From: Chitinophagaceae bacterium | GTDB lineage: Bacteria > Bacteroidota > Bacteroidia > Chitinophagales > Chitinophagaceae | Direction: 5' to 3' | NCBI GenBank assembly: GCA_036005185.1 | Contig: DASYQS010000051.1 | Span: 7,420 to 71,419 of the forward strand | Length of the DNA stretch: 64,000 bases | Shown: piece after piece, positions 28,548-38,738 of the stretch | Numbering within the stretch: the first letter of the stretch is position 1 | How the letters are laid out: the number at the start of each line of letters is the position of its first letter | The notes under the pieces: model-generated | Database searches by the model: none | What the model was told of the DNA's origin: nothing | The model's input: the letters and a program-made list of their open reading frames with translations, nothing else | Program-made: the position numbers and the translations under genes

Positions 28548-31535
28548 TTATAAAGATAAATTGAAGCCAAATGAAATAATTCTAGGTGTCGGATATGGAA
28601 TATATTCTATTGATCTTGACGGATAGTTATTATTGCTTTTATCAACATTTACTTCCGGATCGAATCCTGTAAATTTAGTGATCACAAATAAATTAGTTCC
28701 ATTAACAAAGGCATTCAGATTTTTTACATACCTGCCAACATTGCCAATTTGATAATTGATTTGTACATTTCTTAATTTAAAATAATTGCCTTTTTCCAGG
28801 AATCTTGTAGATGCTGCCACGCCACTGCTGGTTCCTTCGCCTGAATTAAATGCAGCCTTATCAATATTTCTTCCATTTACAATTCCGGCAATATTGGTTA
28901 TACTGGTTGCTGTATTATTATAGACCATAAACCCGCCTGCACCACCTGCATTTGCTGTAAGCGTAAACTTCTTGTAGCGAAGAATACTGCCAATTCCATA
29001 TAAAGTATGTGGGTTAGGATCACCGGCAAAAACGGGATCCGCTCCTATTTTCTGGTTGCCACTCGCATCAAAGCCCTGGAATGGTTTAAGATAAAATTCG
29101 TTTGCAGGTTGATTATTAGTTATAATCTGGGAAAGTGTTCCGGAAACACCCTGACCATTTATTTGACCTGTCAGAATCGTAAGTGGTGTTTTGGTTCCGG
29201 GGGCAAAAAAATCTTCTAACGAGTTTTTATTATTAGCGATATTAAAATTAAGATCCCATCCTAAATTTGGTTTGTCAATAATGGATGCGCCTACGGCAAA
29301 TTCAAACCCTTTGTTGATAAGGTTTGCGGGCAAATTAATAAAGAAAATAGAGGCTGGGGCCGGTTGAATGGCAGTGCTTTGGAACAGGATGTCGGAGGTA
29401 GTCTTATTATAATAATCAATGCTTCCATAGATTCTGCCTTTGAACAATCCGAAATCAAGCCCAAAATTGTATGATTTTGTTTCTTCCCATTTCAAATCAG
29501 GGTTGGCCACGTTTATTTGTGAGGCTGTATTAAAGGCTGAGAAACTAAATTGCTCTTGCGAAGCACCTTCCGGAAACTCCTGGTTACCAGTGATACCCCA
29601 TGAAGCTCTTAAGGCCAGGTTTGAAAACAACGTATTTCCTTTCATGAATTCTTCATTACTGATGACCCATCGTCCCGCTACAGAAGGAAAATTTCCGTAC
29701 TTGTTATTCTTACCAAATCTGCTGGAACCATCCCTCCTTATTGTCCCTGTCAAATAGTATTTATCAGCATAATTAAAAATAGCTCTTGCAAAATATGATT
29801 GCAATTCGGTCCTTGGATTTACTGCAGTAACAGGAAGATTTTGTACGTTACCGTCTCTTAAAATGTTTGTATATGGAATATCAATAATATTCGTCTGGTT
29901 TAAATTTGTATTGAAACCGGAAGCTGAATACAATGAATAGTCGTAATCGGTTTTCCAGTACTCAAAACCTCCAACGGCTTCCAATGATAATTCATTTGTA
30001 AGTTTTGCCCGGTAATTTAAAGTGTGTGTAAATGTTTGAGATGTTAGGGTAGCATAAGATTTTGCGCCGAAGCCGGAACCTGACAGGCCTGTGTATCCCT
30101 GCAGCCAGCCATACAAATTAGTGTTCCTTTGACCAGTGCTATGGTTAATCGCGTACAAAAATTTGTATTCGAGGTTATCCAACAGCTTATAAGATGCTGA
30201 AATATTTCCTAAAACTGTATTTACATTGGCCTGATCAGTAATACCATCAAGTAAAGCAAGAGGATTGCCTGATCCGTTTGCTGGAAAAATAAATAATCCG
30301 TTTTTATCCCTAAAAGGGACTGTGGGATTCCAGCTCAACGCTGCACTTATTAAATTTCCCTGTGAGCCGGGATTGTTGGAAATATTATCAATATCTTCAG
30401 AAACATGACCTGTTATTAAATGAACATCAATTGATAGTTTCTTATCTAAGAATTTATATCCTCCCGTGAATGAACCAATATATTTATCGAGTGAAGAATG
30501 CTTTATGAAACCTTGCGTTCTACTACCCAGAAAAGAAGCGCGAAACTTGCCGCTTTCATTTCCACCACTAAAAGCGAGGGAATAGTTTTGAGTTAAATTA
30601 CTTTGGGTAATTTCCTTTAAAGCGTCCACGGACTTGCCCGAATCCAGTGAGCTACTCACATTATATTTTTTCAGAGCAGCACGGAATTCGCCGGCATCAA
30701 GAATCTCAAACTTTTTCATATAGCCTGCTGAAAATCCAAAACTTGTTGCCACTTCTATTTTGGTTGGTCCTGAAGTTCCGCTTTTGGTAGTGATAGCAAT
30801 GACTCCATTGGCCCCTCTTGAACCATATATGGCTGCGGAGGATGCGTCTTTCAAAATATCAATTGAAGCAATGTCGTTTGGATTTATGTAAAGCAAAGGG
30901 TTCACATCCGGCGTTACTCCGAAAGTAGCCAGAGTAAGATTTGGTCTCGCCGACCTGCCATCAAGCGGCACCCCATCAATAACATACAAGGGATTGTTTG
31001 ATGCACGGATGGAATTGTTGCCTCTGATTTTTACAGTAGTAGCTGCACCAGGCTGACCACTGTTATTAGTTATCTCCAAACCAGGAACCTTGCCCTGCAA
31101 CAATTGATCGGGAGAAGTAGTTACACCCTGGTTAAAATTTTTTGCTTGAATAGTGGAAACTGCTCCGGTCAAATCTTTTTTTCGTGCAGTACCATAACCA
31201 ATCACTACTACTTCGTTTAAATTTGCCCCAGTTGCAACCAATAAAACATCTACAGATGTTTGATTAGCAATATTCAGTTCTTGCGTAGCATATCCGACAG
31301 AAGAGACTACCAGCATGTTTGCGTTAGCAGGAACACTTATACTGTAAGTTCCATCAGCCTTTGTTTGTGTACCAGTTCCAGTTCCTTTTACAGTAACAGA
31401 CACCCCTGCAAGAGGAGAACCATCTTTACTGTCGGTAATTTTTCCTGTAACTGTTTTTTGAGCTAAAAGAGAAAGGGATAGAACGATAAGCAGTATAGCT
31501 AGGCTTACACTGCGAAGCAGTTGTTTAACAAGCAT
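28548..31535 (-). CDS. SusC/RagA-type TonB-dependent outer-membrane transporter
   Basis: Signal peptide, carboxypeptidase-regulatory-like domain (VTGKITDSKDGSPLAGVSVTVKGT), plug (VVIGYGTARKKDLTGAV, IYGSRGANGVIAITTKSG) and a barrel ending ISFGFNLSL. Confidence 0.9.
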   Translation of the reverse strand: MLVKQLLRSVSLAILLIVLSLSLLAQKTVTGKITDSKDGSPLAGVSVTVKGTGTGTQTKADGTYSISVPANANMLVVSSVGYATQELNIANQTSVDVLLVATGANLNEVVVIGYGTARKKDLTGAVSTIQAKNFNQGVTTSPDQLLQGKVPGLEITNNSGQPGAATTVKIRGNNSIRASNNPLYVIDGVPLDGRSARPNLTLATFGVTPDVNPLLYINPNDIASIDILKDASSAAIYGSRGANGVIAITTKSGTSGPTKIEVATSFGFSAGYMKKFEILDAGEFRAALKKYNVSSSLDSGKSVDALKEITQSNLTQNYSLAFSGGNESGKFRASFLGSRTQGFIKHSSLDKYIGSFTGGYKFLDKKLSIDVHLITGHVSEDIDNISNNPGSQGNLISAALSWNPTVPFRDKNGLFIFPANGSGNPLALLDGITDQANVNTVLGNISASYKLLDNLEYKFLYAINHSTGQRNTNLYGWLQGYTGLSGSGFGAKSYATLTSQTFTHTLNYRAKLTNELSLEAVGGFEYWKTDYDYSLYSASGFNTNLNQTNIIDIPYTNILRDGNVQNLPVTAVNPRTELQSYFARAIFNYADKYYLTGTIRRDGSSRFGKNNKYGNFPSVAGRWVISNEEFMKGNTLFSNLALRASWGITGNQEFPEGASQEQFSFSAFNTASQINVANPDLKWEETKSYNFGLDFGLFKGRIYGSIDYYNKTTSDILFQSTAIQPAPASIFFINLPANLINKGFEFAVGASIIDKPNLGWDLNFNIANNKNSLEDFFAPGTKTPLTILTGQINGQGVSGTLSQIITNNQPANEFYLKPFQGFDASGNQKIGADPVFAGDPNPHTLYGIGSILRYKKFTLTANAGGAGGFMVYNNTATSITNIAGIVNGRNIDKAAFNSGEGTSSGVAASTRFLEKGNYFKLRNVQINYQIGNVGRYVKNLNAFVNGTNLFVITKFTGFDPEVNVDKSNNNYPSRSIEYIPYPTPRIISFGFNLSL

Positions 31536-31697
31536 AATCGTTAGTTTTTTATGAATTTGGTCACTAAATGTAGGTAATATGTATTATTCACACAAAAATT
31601 TTTTTTAATTTTTTTAGCGATATGATTAACGACAAACTTATCTATAAGCGAATGTGTAAATTGGAGCATCGATTTTCATCTCGACAATATTTTTAGT

Positions 31698-33806
31698 ATG
31701 TACTCAAAAGAAGAATCTACTAGGCTTCAAAAATTAACGGTCACTTTTTTGAAAGAAGCTGAAAAAAAAATTCCTGAAAATAAAATTGAAAACCTTCGCG
31801 ATGTTTTACGCTTTCATGAATACCGTTATTATATATTGAATGATCCGCTGATCTCCGATTATGAATACGACCAGCTTTTTAAGGCGCTTGAAAAAATAGA
31901 AAAAGAAAAACCCTCTCTTATTTCGGTTGACTCACCTACCCAACGGGTGGCCAAGGGGTTGACAAAAGATTTTCCTACTGTTCAGCATCTGGTACCAATG
32001 CTTTCGCTTGATAACTCCTACAACAATGAAGACCTCGTAGATTTTGACAGAAGAGCCAGGGAATTGACAGGATTGGACAAAATTGAATATTGCGTAGAAC
32101 CCAAATTTGACGGCGCCAGCATTTCATTGATTTATGAAGACGATTTTTTAGTTCGCGGAGCTACAAGAGGCGATGGGGTGCAGGGCGACGACATTACGAT
32201 TAACATAAAACAGATCAGAACGATCCCCCTTTCTGCCAGGTTTTCAAAATATAACATTCAGCAAATTGAAATTCGAGGAGAAGTGCTGATCAACAAAAAC
32301 AATTTTAAAAAATTTAATGAGCAATTGATGGAGCAGGGAATGGCACCACTTGCCAATCCACGCAATGCCGCTTCAGGAACATTGCGTATTAAAGACCCCA
32401 CGGAAGTAAAAAAAAGAAGTCTTGAAGCATTTGTTTACAACATGAGTGATTACACCCTTAAGCCTGGTAAACAACTTCCCAAAGAATTGCAAACTCATTC
32501 AGGATCACTTGAGATGCTTTGGGAGCTTGGTTTCAGAAGTCCGCAAAAAGAAAAAAAGATATTGAAAGGAATTGATGCTGTGATCATGTATTGCAATGAA
32601 TTTGAGTTGCAGCGCGATGAATTGCCCTATGAAATTGATGGCATGGTGATCAAGGTGAATAGTATAGAACTGCAAGACAAAATGGGAATGACCACTCACC
32701 ACCCCCGCTGGGCCATTGCTTGTAAATTCAAAGCAAGACAAGGAACCAGTAAATTATTAAATGTAGAATTTCAAGTAGGCCGAACCGGTTCTATTACACC
32801 TGTTGCTAAAATTCAGCCGGTGCCCATAGGCGGAGTTACCGTAGGTTCTATTTCGCTTTTTAATGAAGATGTAATTCGGGAAAAGGATTTGATGATCGGT
32901 GATGCTGTGCTTGTGGAAAGAGCCGGCGATGTGATCCCTTATATTGTAAAATCTTTAGCTGATGTAAGAACAGGTACTGAAAAGAAAATTCATTTTCCTA
33001 AGACATGTCCTGTCTGCGACTCTAAGTTGTTTAAAGAAGAAGGCGAAGCTGTATGGAGATGTATTAATATCGAGTGCCCGGCGCAAGTAGTTGAACGCAT
33101 TATTCATTTTGTAAGCAAGGATGCCATGGACATTCGCGGATTTGGCGAGGCCAACGTAAGAAAATTTTATGAGCTTGGCTTGCTTAAAGATATTCCAGGC
33201 ATTTACAAACTTGATTTTGAAAAGATCAGCTCGCTAGAAGGTTTTGGAAAAAAATCAATCGATAATTTACAACAAGCCATTAACAACTCTAAAACCCAAC
33301 CTTTACATCGCCTCATTTATGCGCTTGGCATTCGGTATGTGGGTGAAACCACAGCAAAAACTCTTGCTCACAGTGCTAACCATTTGCTTGATTTTGAAAA
33401 ATTTTCCTTGGAAGATCTGCAAAATCTTGAGGATGTAGGACCTAAAGTTGCCGGAAGCATTTATCAATTTTTCCGGAACAAGGATAATATTTCAATGCTT
33501 CAGCAATTGGAAAAACTAGGCGTGCAATTAAAAAATCCAAAAAAAGATCATGCTACGGCAGGCAATCTTGAAGGACTTACTTTTTTGTTCACCGGCACTA
33601 TGCCGACTTTAAAACGTAGCGACGCCGAAGAAATGGTGGAACAAAACGGAGGAAAGCTTGCGAGCGGGGTCAGCAGTAAATTAAATTACCTGGTAGTAGG
33701 TGAAGACGCCGGGAGCAAATTAGAAAAAGCAAAAAAGATCAACACGATTAAAATCATTTCTGAAACGGAATTTTTAAAAATGATACCTATATCCAAGGAA
33801 GGGTAA
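31698..33806 (+). CDS. ligA: NAD-dependent DNA ligase
   Basis: Adenylation KxDG motif (EPKFDGASISL), OB fold, Cys4 zinc finger (CPVCDSKL...WRCINIECPAQ), HhH region and C-terminal BRCT (FLFTGTMPTLKRSDAEEMVEQNGGK). Confidence 0.95.
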   Translation: MYSKEESTRLQKLTVTFLKEAEKKIPENKIENLRDVLRFHEYRYYILNDPLISDYEYDQLFKALEKIEKEKPSLISVDSPTQRVAKGLTKDFPTVQHLVPMLSLDNSYNNEDLVDFDRRARELTGLDKIEYCVEPKFDGASISLIYEDDFLVRGATRGDGVQGDDITINIKQIRTIPLSARFSKYNIQQIEIRGEVLINKNNFKKFNEQLMEQGMAPLANPRNAASGTLRIKDPTEVKKRSLEAFVYNMSDYTLKPGKQLPKELQTHSGSLEMLWELGFRSPQKEKKILKGIDAVIMYCNEFELQRDELPYEIDGMVIKVNSIELQDKMGMTTHHPRWAIACKFKARQGTSKLLNVEFQVGRTGSITPVAKIQPVPIGGVTVGSISLFNEDVIREKDLMIGDAVLVERAGDVIPYIVKSLADVRTGTEKKIHFPKTCPVCDSKLFKEEGEAVWRCINIECPAQVVERIIHFVSKDAMDIRGFGEANVRKFYELGLLKDIPGIYKLDFEKISSLEGFGKKSIDNLQQAINNSKTQPLHRLIYALGIRYVGETTAKTLAHSANHLLDFEKFSLEDLQNLEDVGPKVAGSIYQFFRNKDNISMLQQLEKLGVQLKNPKKDHATAGNLEGLTFLFTGTMPTLKRSDAEEMVEQNGGKLASGVSSKLNYLVVGEDAGSKLEKAKKINTIKIISETEFLKMIPISKEG

Positions 33807-33895
33807 TATTTCTTATAACAAATCTTTTTCTTAACAGATTTCAGAATTTTTTACAAAGTATTGATGCTAATTTCAATGTTCCGAAAATCTATTGA

Positions 33896-34876
33896 ATGAA
33901 AAATTTTTTTTTCTTTTTTCTATTTCTAATCGTTTATTCTCAAATCCCAGCTCAAACCAATTCAGAAATTAGAAACCTTGTATTCGAAGGAGCTGGTATC
34001 AGAGGCATAGCTTATTGCGGAGCTATACAAGAACTTGAATCACGAAACCTGGTGAGTAATATTGAAAGGGTAAGTGGAACATCAGCAGGAGCTATTGTTG
34101 CCTTAATGGTTGCCCTTGGTTATTCAGGAAAAGAGATTGAAGAACTCATTGCGAAAACGAATTTTAAGAATTTTAATGATGGCAGGTATATATTTATAGG
34201 AGGCATTAACCGGCTAAATAAATATTTTGGCTGGTACAGGGGAAAAACAATTGAAGCTTGGCTTGAAAAAATCATCGAACAAAAGACGAACAATGCTGAT
34301 ATCAGTTTTCAAGAACTTCACCAAAAAGGATTTAAGGATTTATATATAACAGGCACTTGTCTAAACAAGCAAAAGCTTATTGTTTTTTCTTACCAATCCT
34401 ATCCAAACATGAAAGTGAAAGATGCCGTACGAATTTCAACAAGTATTCCTTTATACTTCGAAGCTATTTTTATCAATGCAAATGGAGGGATCATTCATCA
34501 TCCCAAACAAAAACAAGAATTGGATGTGATGGTAGATGGGGGATTTACCGGCAACTTTCCTATTCATATTTTCGACACTATGAATAAACAGGCCACTATT
34601 GGCTTCAGAATCGATTCTGATGATCAGATCACAAATGACAAGCAAGAAAAAGACATTGCTGGGATGCCGATTGGCAATCTAAAACAGTATTTAAACGCAT
34701 TTTATAATATAGTGATCGAGGATTTAAACCGCCAGCAATTGACAAAAGAAGATTGGCAGAGAACGGTTTCTATCAGTGATGGAAGCATAGGGCCAAGGAT
34801 CAGGAAGTTATCGCAAAAAGAAATTAATATCCTGATAGAAAATGGAAGAATGGCAATGAAAAACTATTTAAATTGA
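33896..34876 (+). CDS. secreted patatin-like phospholipase
   Basis: Signal peptide. Oxyanion GAGIRG, nucleophile GTSAG (GxSxG) and catalytic Asp in VDGGFTGNFP. Confidence 0.8.
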   Translation: MKNFFFFFLFLIVYSQIPAQTNSEIRNLVFEGAGIRGIAYCGAIQELESRNLVSNIERVSGTSAGAIVALMVALGYSGKEIEELIAKTNFKNFNDGRYIFIGGINRLNKYFGWYRGKTIEAWLEKIIEQKTNNADISFQELHQKGFKDLYITGTCLNKQKLIVFSYQSYPNMKVKDAVRISTSIPLYFEAIFINANGGIIHHPKQKQELDVMVDGGFTGNFPIHIFDTMNKQATIGFRIDSDDQITNDKQEKDIAGMPIGNLKQYLNAFYNIVIEDLNRQQLTKEDWQRTVSISDGSIGPRIRKLSQKEINILIENGRMAMKNYLN

Positions 34877-34894
34877 AACACAATTTTTTTAACC

Positions 34895-35560
34895 ATGCTA
34901 CAACCAAACACCCTTAAATTTCTAAAAAACCTCAAGAAGAATAATAACAAATCTTGGTTCGATGCTCATCGTAAAGAATATGAATTGGCAAAAAATGATT
35001 TTGAAAATTTCATTCAGTCAGTCATTGATAAACATTGTAAAAATGATCCTGATCTAAAAGGGCTGGCTGCAAAAAAATGCACGTTTCGGATCCATCGTGA
35101 TGTTCGTTTTTCCAAAGACAAATCTCCATATAAAACAAATTTTGGGGCCAGCATGGATAAGGGTGGAAAAAAATCAGGACTAGCGGGATATTATTTTCAT
35201 TTAGAACCCGGAAAAAGTTTTTTAGGTGGGGGCATCTGGATGCCTCAACCAGATGCACTTAAAAAAGTTCGGCAGGAAATTGACTATTGCTTTGATGAGT
35301 TCAAAAAAATTCTTACTTCTAAAAGATTCAAGACCATCTACGGCGAATTATATACCGGCGAGGGAGTCCAGCTAAGCAAAGTGCCGCAAGGTTTTGAAAA
35401 AGATAACCCGGCCGCTGAGTATTTAAAATTTAAAAGCTGGTTAGTAATGACTGACGTGAGTGATAAAGATCTAACTTCAAAAAACTTGCTCACCAAAACG
35501 GTCGATGCATTTTACCTAATGCAACCTTTTATTAGATTTTTGAACCGGCCGTTGGAGTAA
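34895..35560 (+). CDS. DUF2461 (TIGR02453) family protein
   Basis: 221 aa. FLKNLKKNNNKSWFDAHRKEYE and FRIHRDVRFSKDKSPYKTNFGA are characteristic of this family. Confidence 0.65.
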   Translation: MLQPNTLKFLKNLKKNNNKSWFDAHRKEYELAKNDFENFIQSVIDKHCKNDPDLKGLAAKKCTFRIHRDVRFSKDKSPYKTNFGASMDKGGKKSGLAGYYFHLEPGKSFLGGGIWMPQPDALKKVRQEIDYCFDEFKKILTSKRFKTIYGELYTGEGVQLSKVPQGFEKDNPAAEYLKFKSWLVMTDVSDKDLTSKNLLTKTVDAFYLMQPFIRFLNRPLE

Positions 35561-35596
35561 ATATTTTGTTATCTTCATTTGCAATTAAACCTTTCT

Positions 35597-37819
35597 ATGA
35601 CTGCGTTTGATTCTTCGAACATTATTTTTCAAACGGCTGCATCATTCATCAATCATACCAGCAGACATCTATTTCTTACAGGAAAAGCCGGCACCGGAAA
35701 AACTACATTTCTCAAATACATAAAAGAACATTCATCTAAAAAAATGGCTGTAGTGGCGCCAACCGGTGTGGCCGCTATTAATGCAGGTGGTGTTACTATT
35801 CATTCATTTTTTCAGATACCACCAGGCACTTATCTGCCCTCTCAACGAAGCCTGTTTGAAAACTTGAATGGCAAATGGTATAACAATCACACGCTGTTCA
35901 AACAAATGCGAATGAGCGCTGAAAAAAAGGAATTGATCCGTGAACTTGATCTATTGATCATTGATGAAGTTTCCATGGTTCGTGCCGATCTCTTGGATGC
36001 TATGGATGCCGTTTTAAGATATGTACGAAAACAACCACTTATTCCATTTGCAGGCGTTCAGGTTTTATACATCGGTGATCTGTTTCAACTGCCGCCCGTG
36101 GTTATAAATGATGAGTGGGAATTGCTCAAAAATTTTTATCGCAGCCCCTTCTTTTTTGATGCCCAGGTAATTCAACAGTCACCACCTGTTTATATTGAGC
36201 TCAAAAAAATTTACAGACAAAATGATGATGCTTTTATCAATATTCTCAATAATATCCGCAATAATTGCTGCACAGAAACAGATCTTGATCGTCTGCATAA
36301 ACATTATAAGCCTGAATTCTCACCTTTACGTGAAGAAAATTTTATCACTCTAACCACTCATAATGATAAGGCAGTTGCGATCAATAACCAAGAATTAAAA
36401 AAAATAACAGCCAAATTATACGAATTTAAAGCTGAGATCAACGGAGAGTTTAATGAACATTCATACCCGGTCGAAGAGTGGCTTCAATTGAAAAAAGGGG
36501 CTCAAGTTATGTTCATTAAAAATGACATCGGCGAGTTAAAACGATATTACAATGGAAAGATTGGCACAATTCATTCTATTGATGAAAAAGAAATTCAAAT
36601 AAGATTTGCCGCCGAAACTGAGCTACTCAGTTTAGAAAAGGAAACTTGGAAAAACATTCGCTATCACTATTATAAGGAAAAAGATAGAATTGAAGAAGAA
36701 GAACTGGGTTCATTTACTCAATATCCCGTTCGTCTTGCATGGGCTATCACTATTCATAAAAGTCAAGGGCTTACCTTCGAAAAAGCCATTATTGATGCCG
36801 GAGCTTCTTTTGCAGCAGGACAGGTGTACGTAGCATTAAGTCGCCTTACCTCATTAGACGGGCTTGTGCTGAAATCGCGCATTTATCCAAATTGCATACA
36901 TACCAATAAGAGTGTCCTTGAGTTTGTTCTTAACGAACTTTCTGAAGATGCTTTGCGGCAAACGCTGCAAAAAGAACAACAAGATTATATCCGGCATTTA
37001 ATGGTGAAAGGTTTTAGCTGGAAAACAATTCTCGATGTTTTGCACGAGCATCTTCAAGATTATGAACACCGCAATTTGCCGGATATTGAAAAATGCATTG
37101 CTTGGGCAGAAGGATTAGTCGAAAGAACAAAAGCTCTCGAAGAAACAGCATTGAAATTTCAAAAACAATTGGAGAAATTGTTTGAACATAGTGAGGAAGA
37201 CAGCTATAAACAATCACATGAAAGGATTTCTGCGGCTTGCAACTATTTTATTAAAGAGGCAGATGAGACACTGCTGACTCTATTGGATCATCACATTGAG
37301 GTTATCAGAATAAAAAGCAGAACAAAAAAATACCTGAAAGATCTATATGATCTAAAATACTATTTCGAGCGCAAAAAGCTGCAATTACAAAACATGATGA
37401 GCATTTCGAAAGCCATGCATGAATCAGGCAATAAGGCAGACATATTAAAAATAACTGAAGCTCTAAAAAGGCCAATTGTTATGGCCTCTGAAGAAGAAAA
37501 ATCTACAAGAAAGAAAATTGAAAAAGGAGAAACGCAACGAATAAGTTTGGAGCTATTTAAAAAAGGAAAGGCTATTTCGGAAATTGCTAAAGAACGTAAT
37601 CTTGCCTATAGCACCATTGAAGGACACCTTGCAGGTTTTATTGCGACCGGTGAAGTAAACATTTTAGATATCATAGATAAAACAAAACTGGATAAGATTT
37701 CTGAACTACTTGAAAAAAACTCTTCTCTTAGTTCCTCGGAGCTTAAACAACAACTTGGTGATGATTTTTCTTATGGCCAGATAAAAGCGGCGATAAATTT
37801 TAAGGCCTCATTACAGTAA
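35597..37819 (+). CDS. PIF1/RecD-like SF1 DNA helicase with C-terminal HTH domain
   Basis: The track starts at TTG 35579; the first ATG is at 35597. Walker A GKAGTGKTT, Walker B LLIIDEVSM, ITIHKSQGLTF and YVALSRLTS motifs. C-terminal HTH-like SEIAKERNLAYSTIEGHLAGFI. Confidence 0.8.
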   Translation: MTAFDSSNIIFQTAASFINHTSRHLFLTGKAGTGKTTFLKYIKEHSSKKMAVVAPTGVAAINAGGVTIHSFFQIPPGTYLPSQRSLFENLNGKWYNNHTLFKQMRMSAEKKELIRELDLLIIDEVSMVRADLLDAMDAVLRYVRKQPLIPFAGVQVLYIGDLFQLPPVVINDEWELLKNFYRSPFFFDAQVIQQSPPVYIELKKIYRQNDDAFINILNNIRNNCCTETDLDRLHKHYKPEFSPLREENFITLTTHNDKAVAINNQELKKITAKLYEFKAEINGEFNEHSYPVEEWLQLKKGAQVMFIKNDIGELKRYYNGKIGTIHSIDEKEIQIRFAAETELLSLEKETWKNIRYHYYKEKDRIEEEELGSFTQYPVRLAWAITIHKSQGLTFEKAIIDAGASFAAGQVYVALSRLTSLDGLVLKSRIYPNCIHTNKSVLEFVLNELSEDALRQTLQKEQQDYIRHLMVKGFSWKTILDVLHEHLQDYEHRNLPDIEKCIAWAEGLVERTKALEETALKFQKQLEKLFEHSEEDSYKQSHERISAACNYFIKEADETLLTLLDHHIEVIRIKSRTKKYLKDLYDLKYYFERKKLQLQNMMSISKAMHESGNKADILKITEALKRPIVMASEEEKSTRKKIEKGETQRISLELFKKGKAISEIAKERNLAYSTIEGHLAGFIATGEVNILDIIDKTKLDKISELLEKNSSLSSSELKQQLGDDFSYGQIKAAINFKASLQ

Positions 37820-37978
37820 GCCTTTTCAATCGCGGCGTCCCGGTTCTCACTTTTATACCTATAACGTTTTGAAAATCTTAGCGATCTAGCTTTTCGCTTT
37901 TTTACAACAGTATAAAAAGTTAACGGGCTTGCACACTAAGCAAATCATCACTAACGTTGTATTACAAAACCGCACAAT

Positions 37979-38665
37979 ATGAAAAAAACTTTACCCTTAT
38001 TTATCGGTCTTTTTTGCTTAGTCATCATTTCCTGCAGCCATAAGTACTACACTTCTTCTTTGTTTGATCAGCAAACTGCTCATCACAAAGTTGTTGCTGT
38101 ACTGCCTGCAGAAATGGTCTTTACAGGAAAACAGCCTGAAAACCTGACCATAGAAGACATTGCTAAGATCGAAGATTTTGAAAGTAAAAATTTTCAGCAT
38201 GCTCTTTACAACAGCATTCTTCGCTATGCTAATTCGAGAAAGTATTACACAAGAATTAACCTTCAGGATTTAGTTATGACAGAGAAATTATTGCAAGAAC
38301 ATAATATCTCTTCTCGCGACGCATGGAAAAAAGATGACAAAGAGCTAGCAACTATACTTGGTGTTGATGCTGTGATAAGAATGCGAATCCAAAAACAGAG
38401 GTACATGAGTGATGTGGCATCTTATGGTATAAGTGTGGGAAGACAGATCATCAATAATACCGGAATTGGATCAAAAGTTCCCTTTCCTTACGTACCCAAT
38501 AAAACAAATGATATTTATGCCAGTTGCGACATTGTAAGTAATAATCAAACTTTATGGAACGATAATTACAAGGGAGCTTCTGACTGGAACACACCGTCAA
38601 ATGTCGTTATTGAGAATATCACTGATAATTTTGGAAGACATTTTCCTTATAAACAAAGAAGATAA
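37979..38665 (+). CDS. hypothetical lipoprotein
   Basis: Lipobox MKKTLPLFIGLFCLVIISC. No recognisable domain. Confidence 0.5.
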   Translation: MKKTLPLFIGLFCLVIISCSHKYYTSSLFDQQTAHHKVVAVLPAEMVFTGKQPENLTIEDIAKIEDFESKNFQHALYNSILRYANSRKYYTRINLQDLVMTEKLLQEHNISSRDAWKKDDKELATILGVDAVIRMRIQKQRYMSDVASYGISVGRQIINNTGIGSKVPFPYVPNKTNDIYASCDIVSNNQTLWNDNYKGASDWNTPSNVVIENITDNFGRHFPYKQRR

Positions 38666-38675
38666 TTACTTGCGA

Positions 38676-38696
38676 GCCCCCGCTAAAAGCGGGGGC
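38676..38696. terminator. GC-rich hairpin between convergent genes
   Basis: GCCCCCGCT-AAA-AGCGGGGGC, a perfect 9-bp stem 10 nt after the lipoprotein stop. It sits between the convergent lipoprotein and GIY-YIG genes. No strong T-run follows. Confidence 0.5.
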
Positions 38697-38738
38697 GAAG
38701 CAAACTCCCCCTTATAAAGAGATTATTTTTAATTCTAA

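Noticed and set aside
33896-37819. Patatin phospholipase + DUF2461 + PIF1/RecD-like helicase considered as a possible anti-phage defence island
   Set aside because: The patatin protein carries a clear secretion signal, so it is not a cytoplasmic abortive-infection effector. The genes sit between ligA and asd with no mobile-element hallmarks. All three look like widely conserved Bacteroidota housekeeping families. No sensor or nuclease partner is present.
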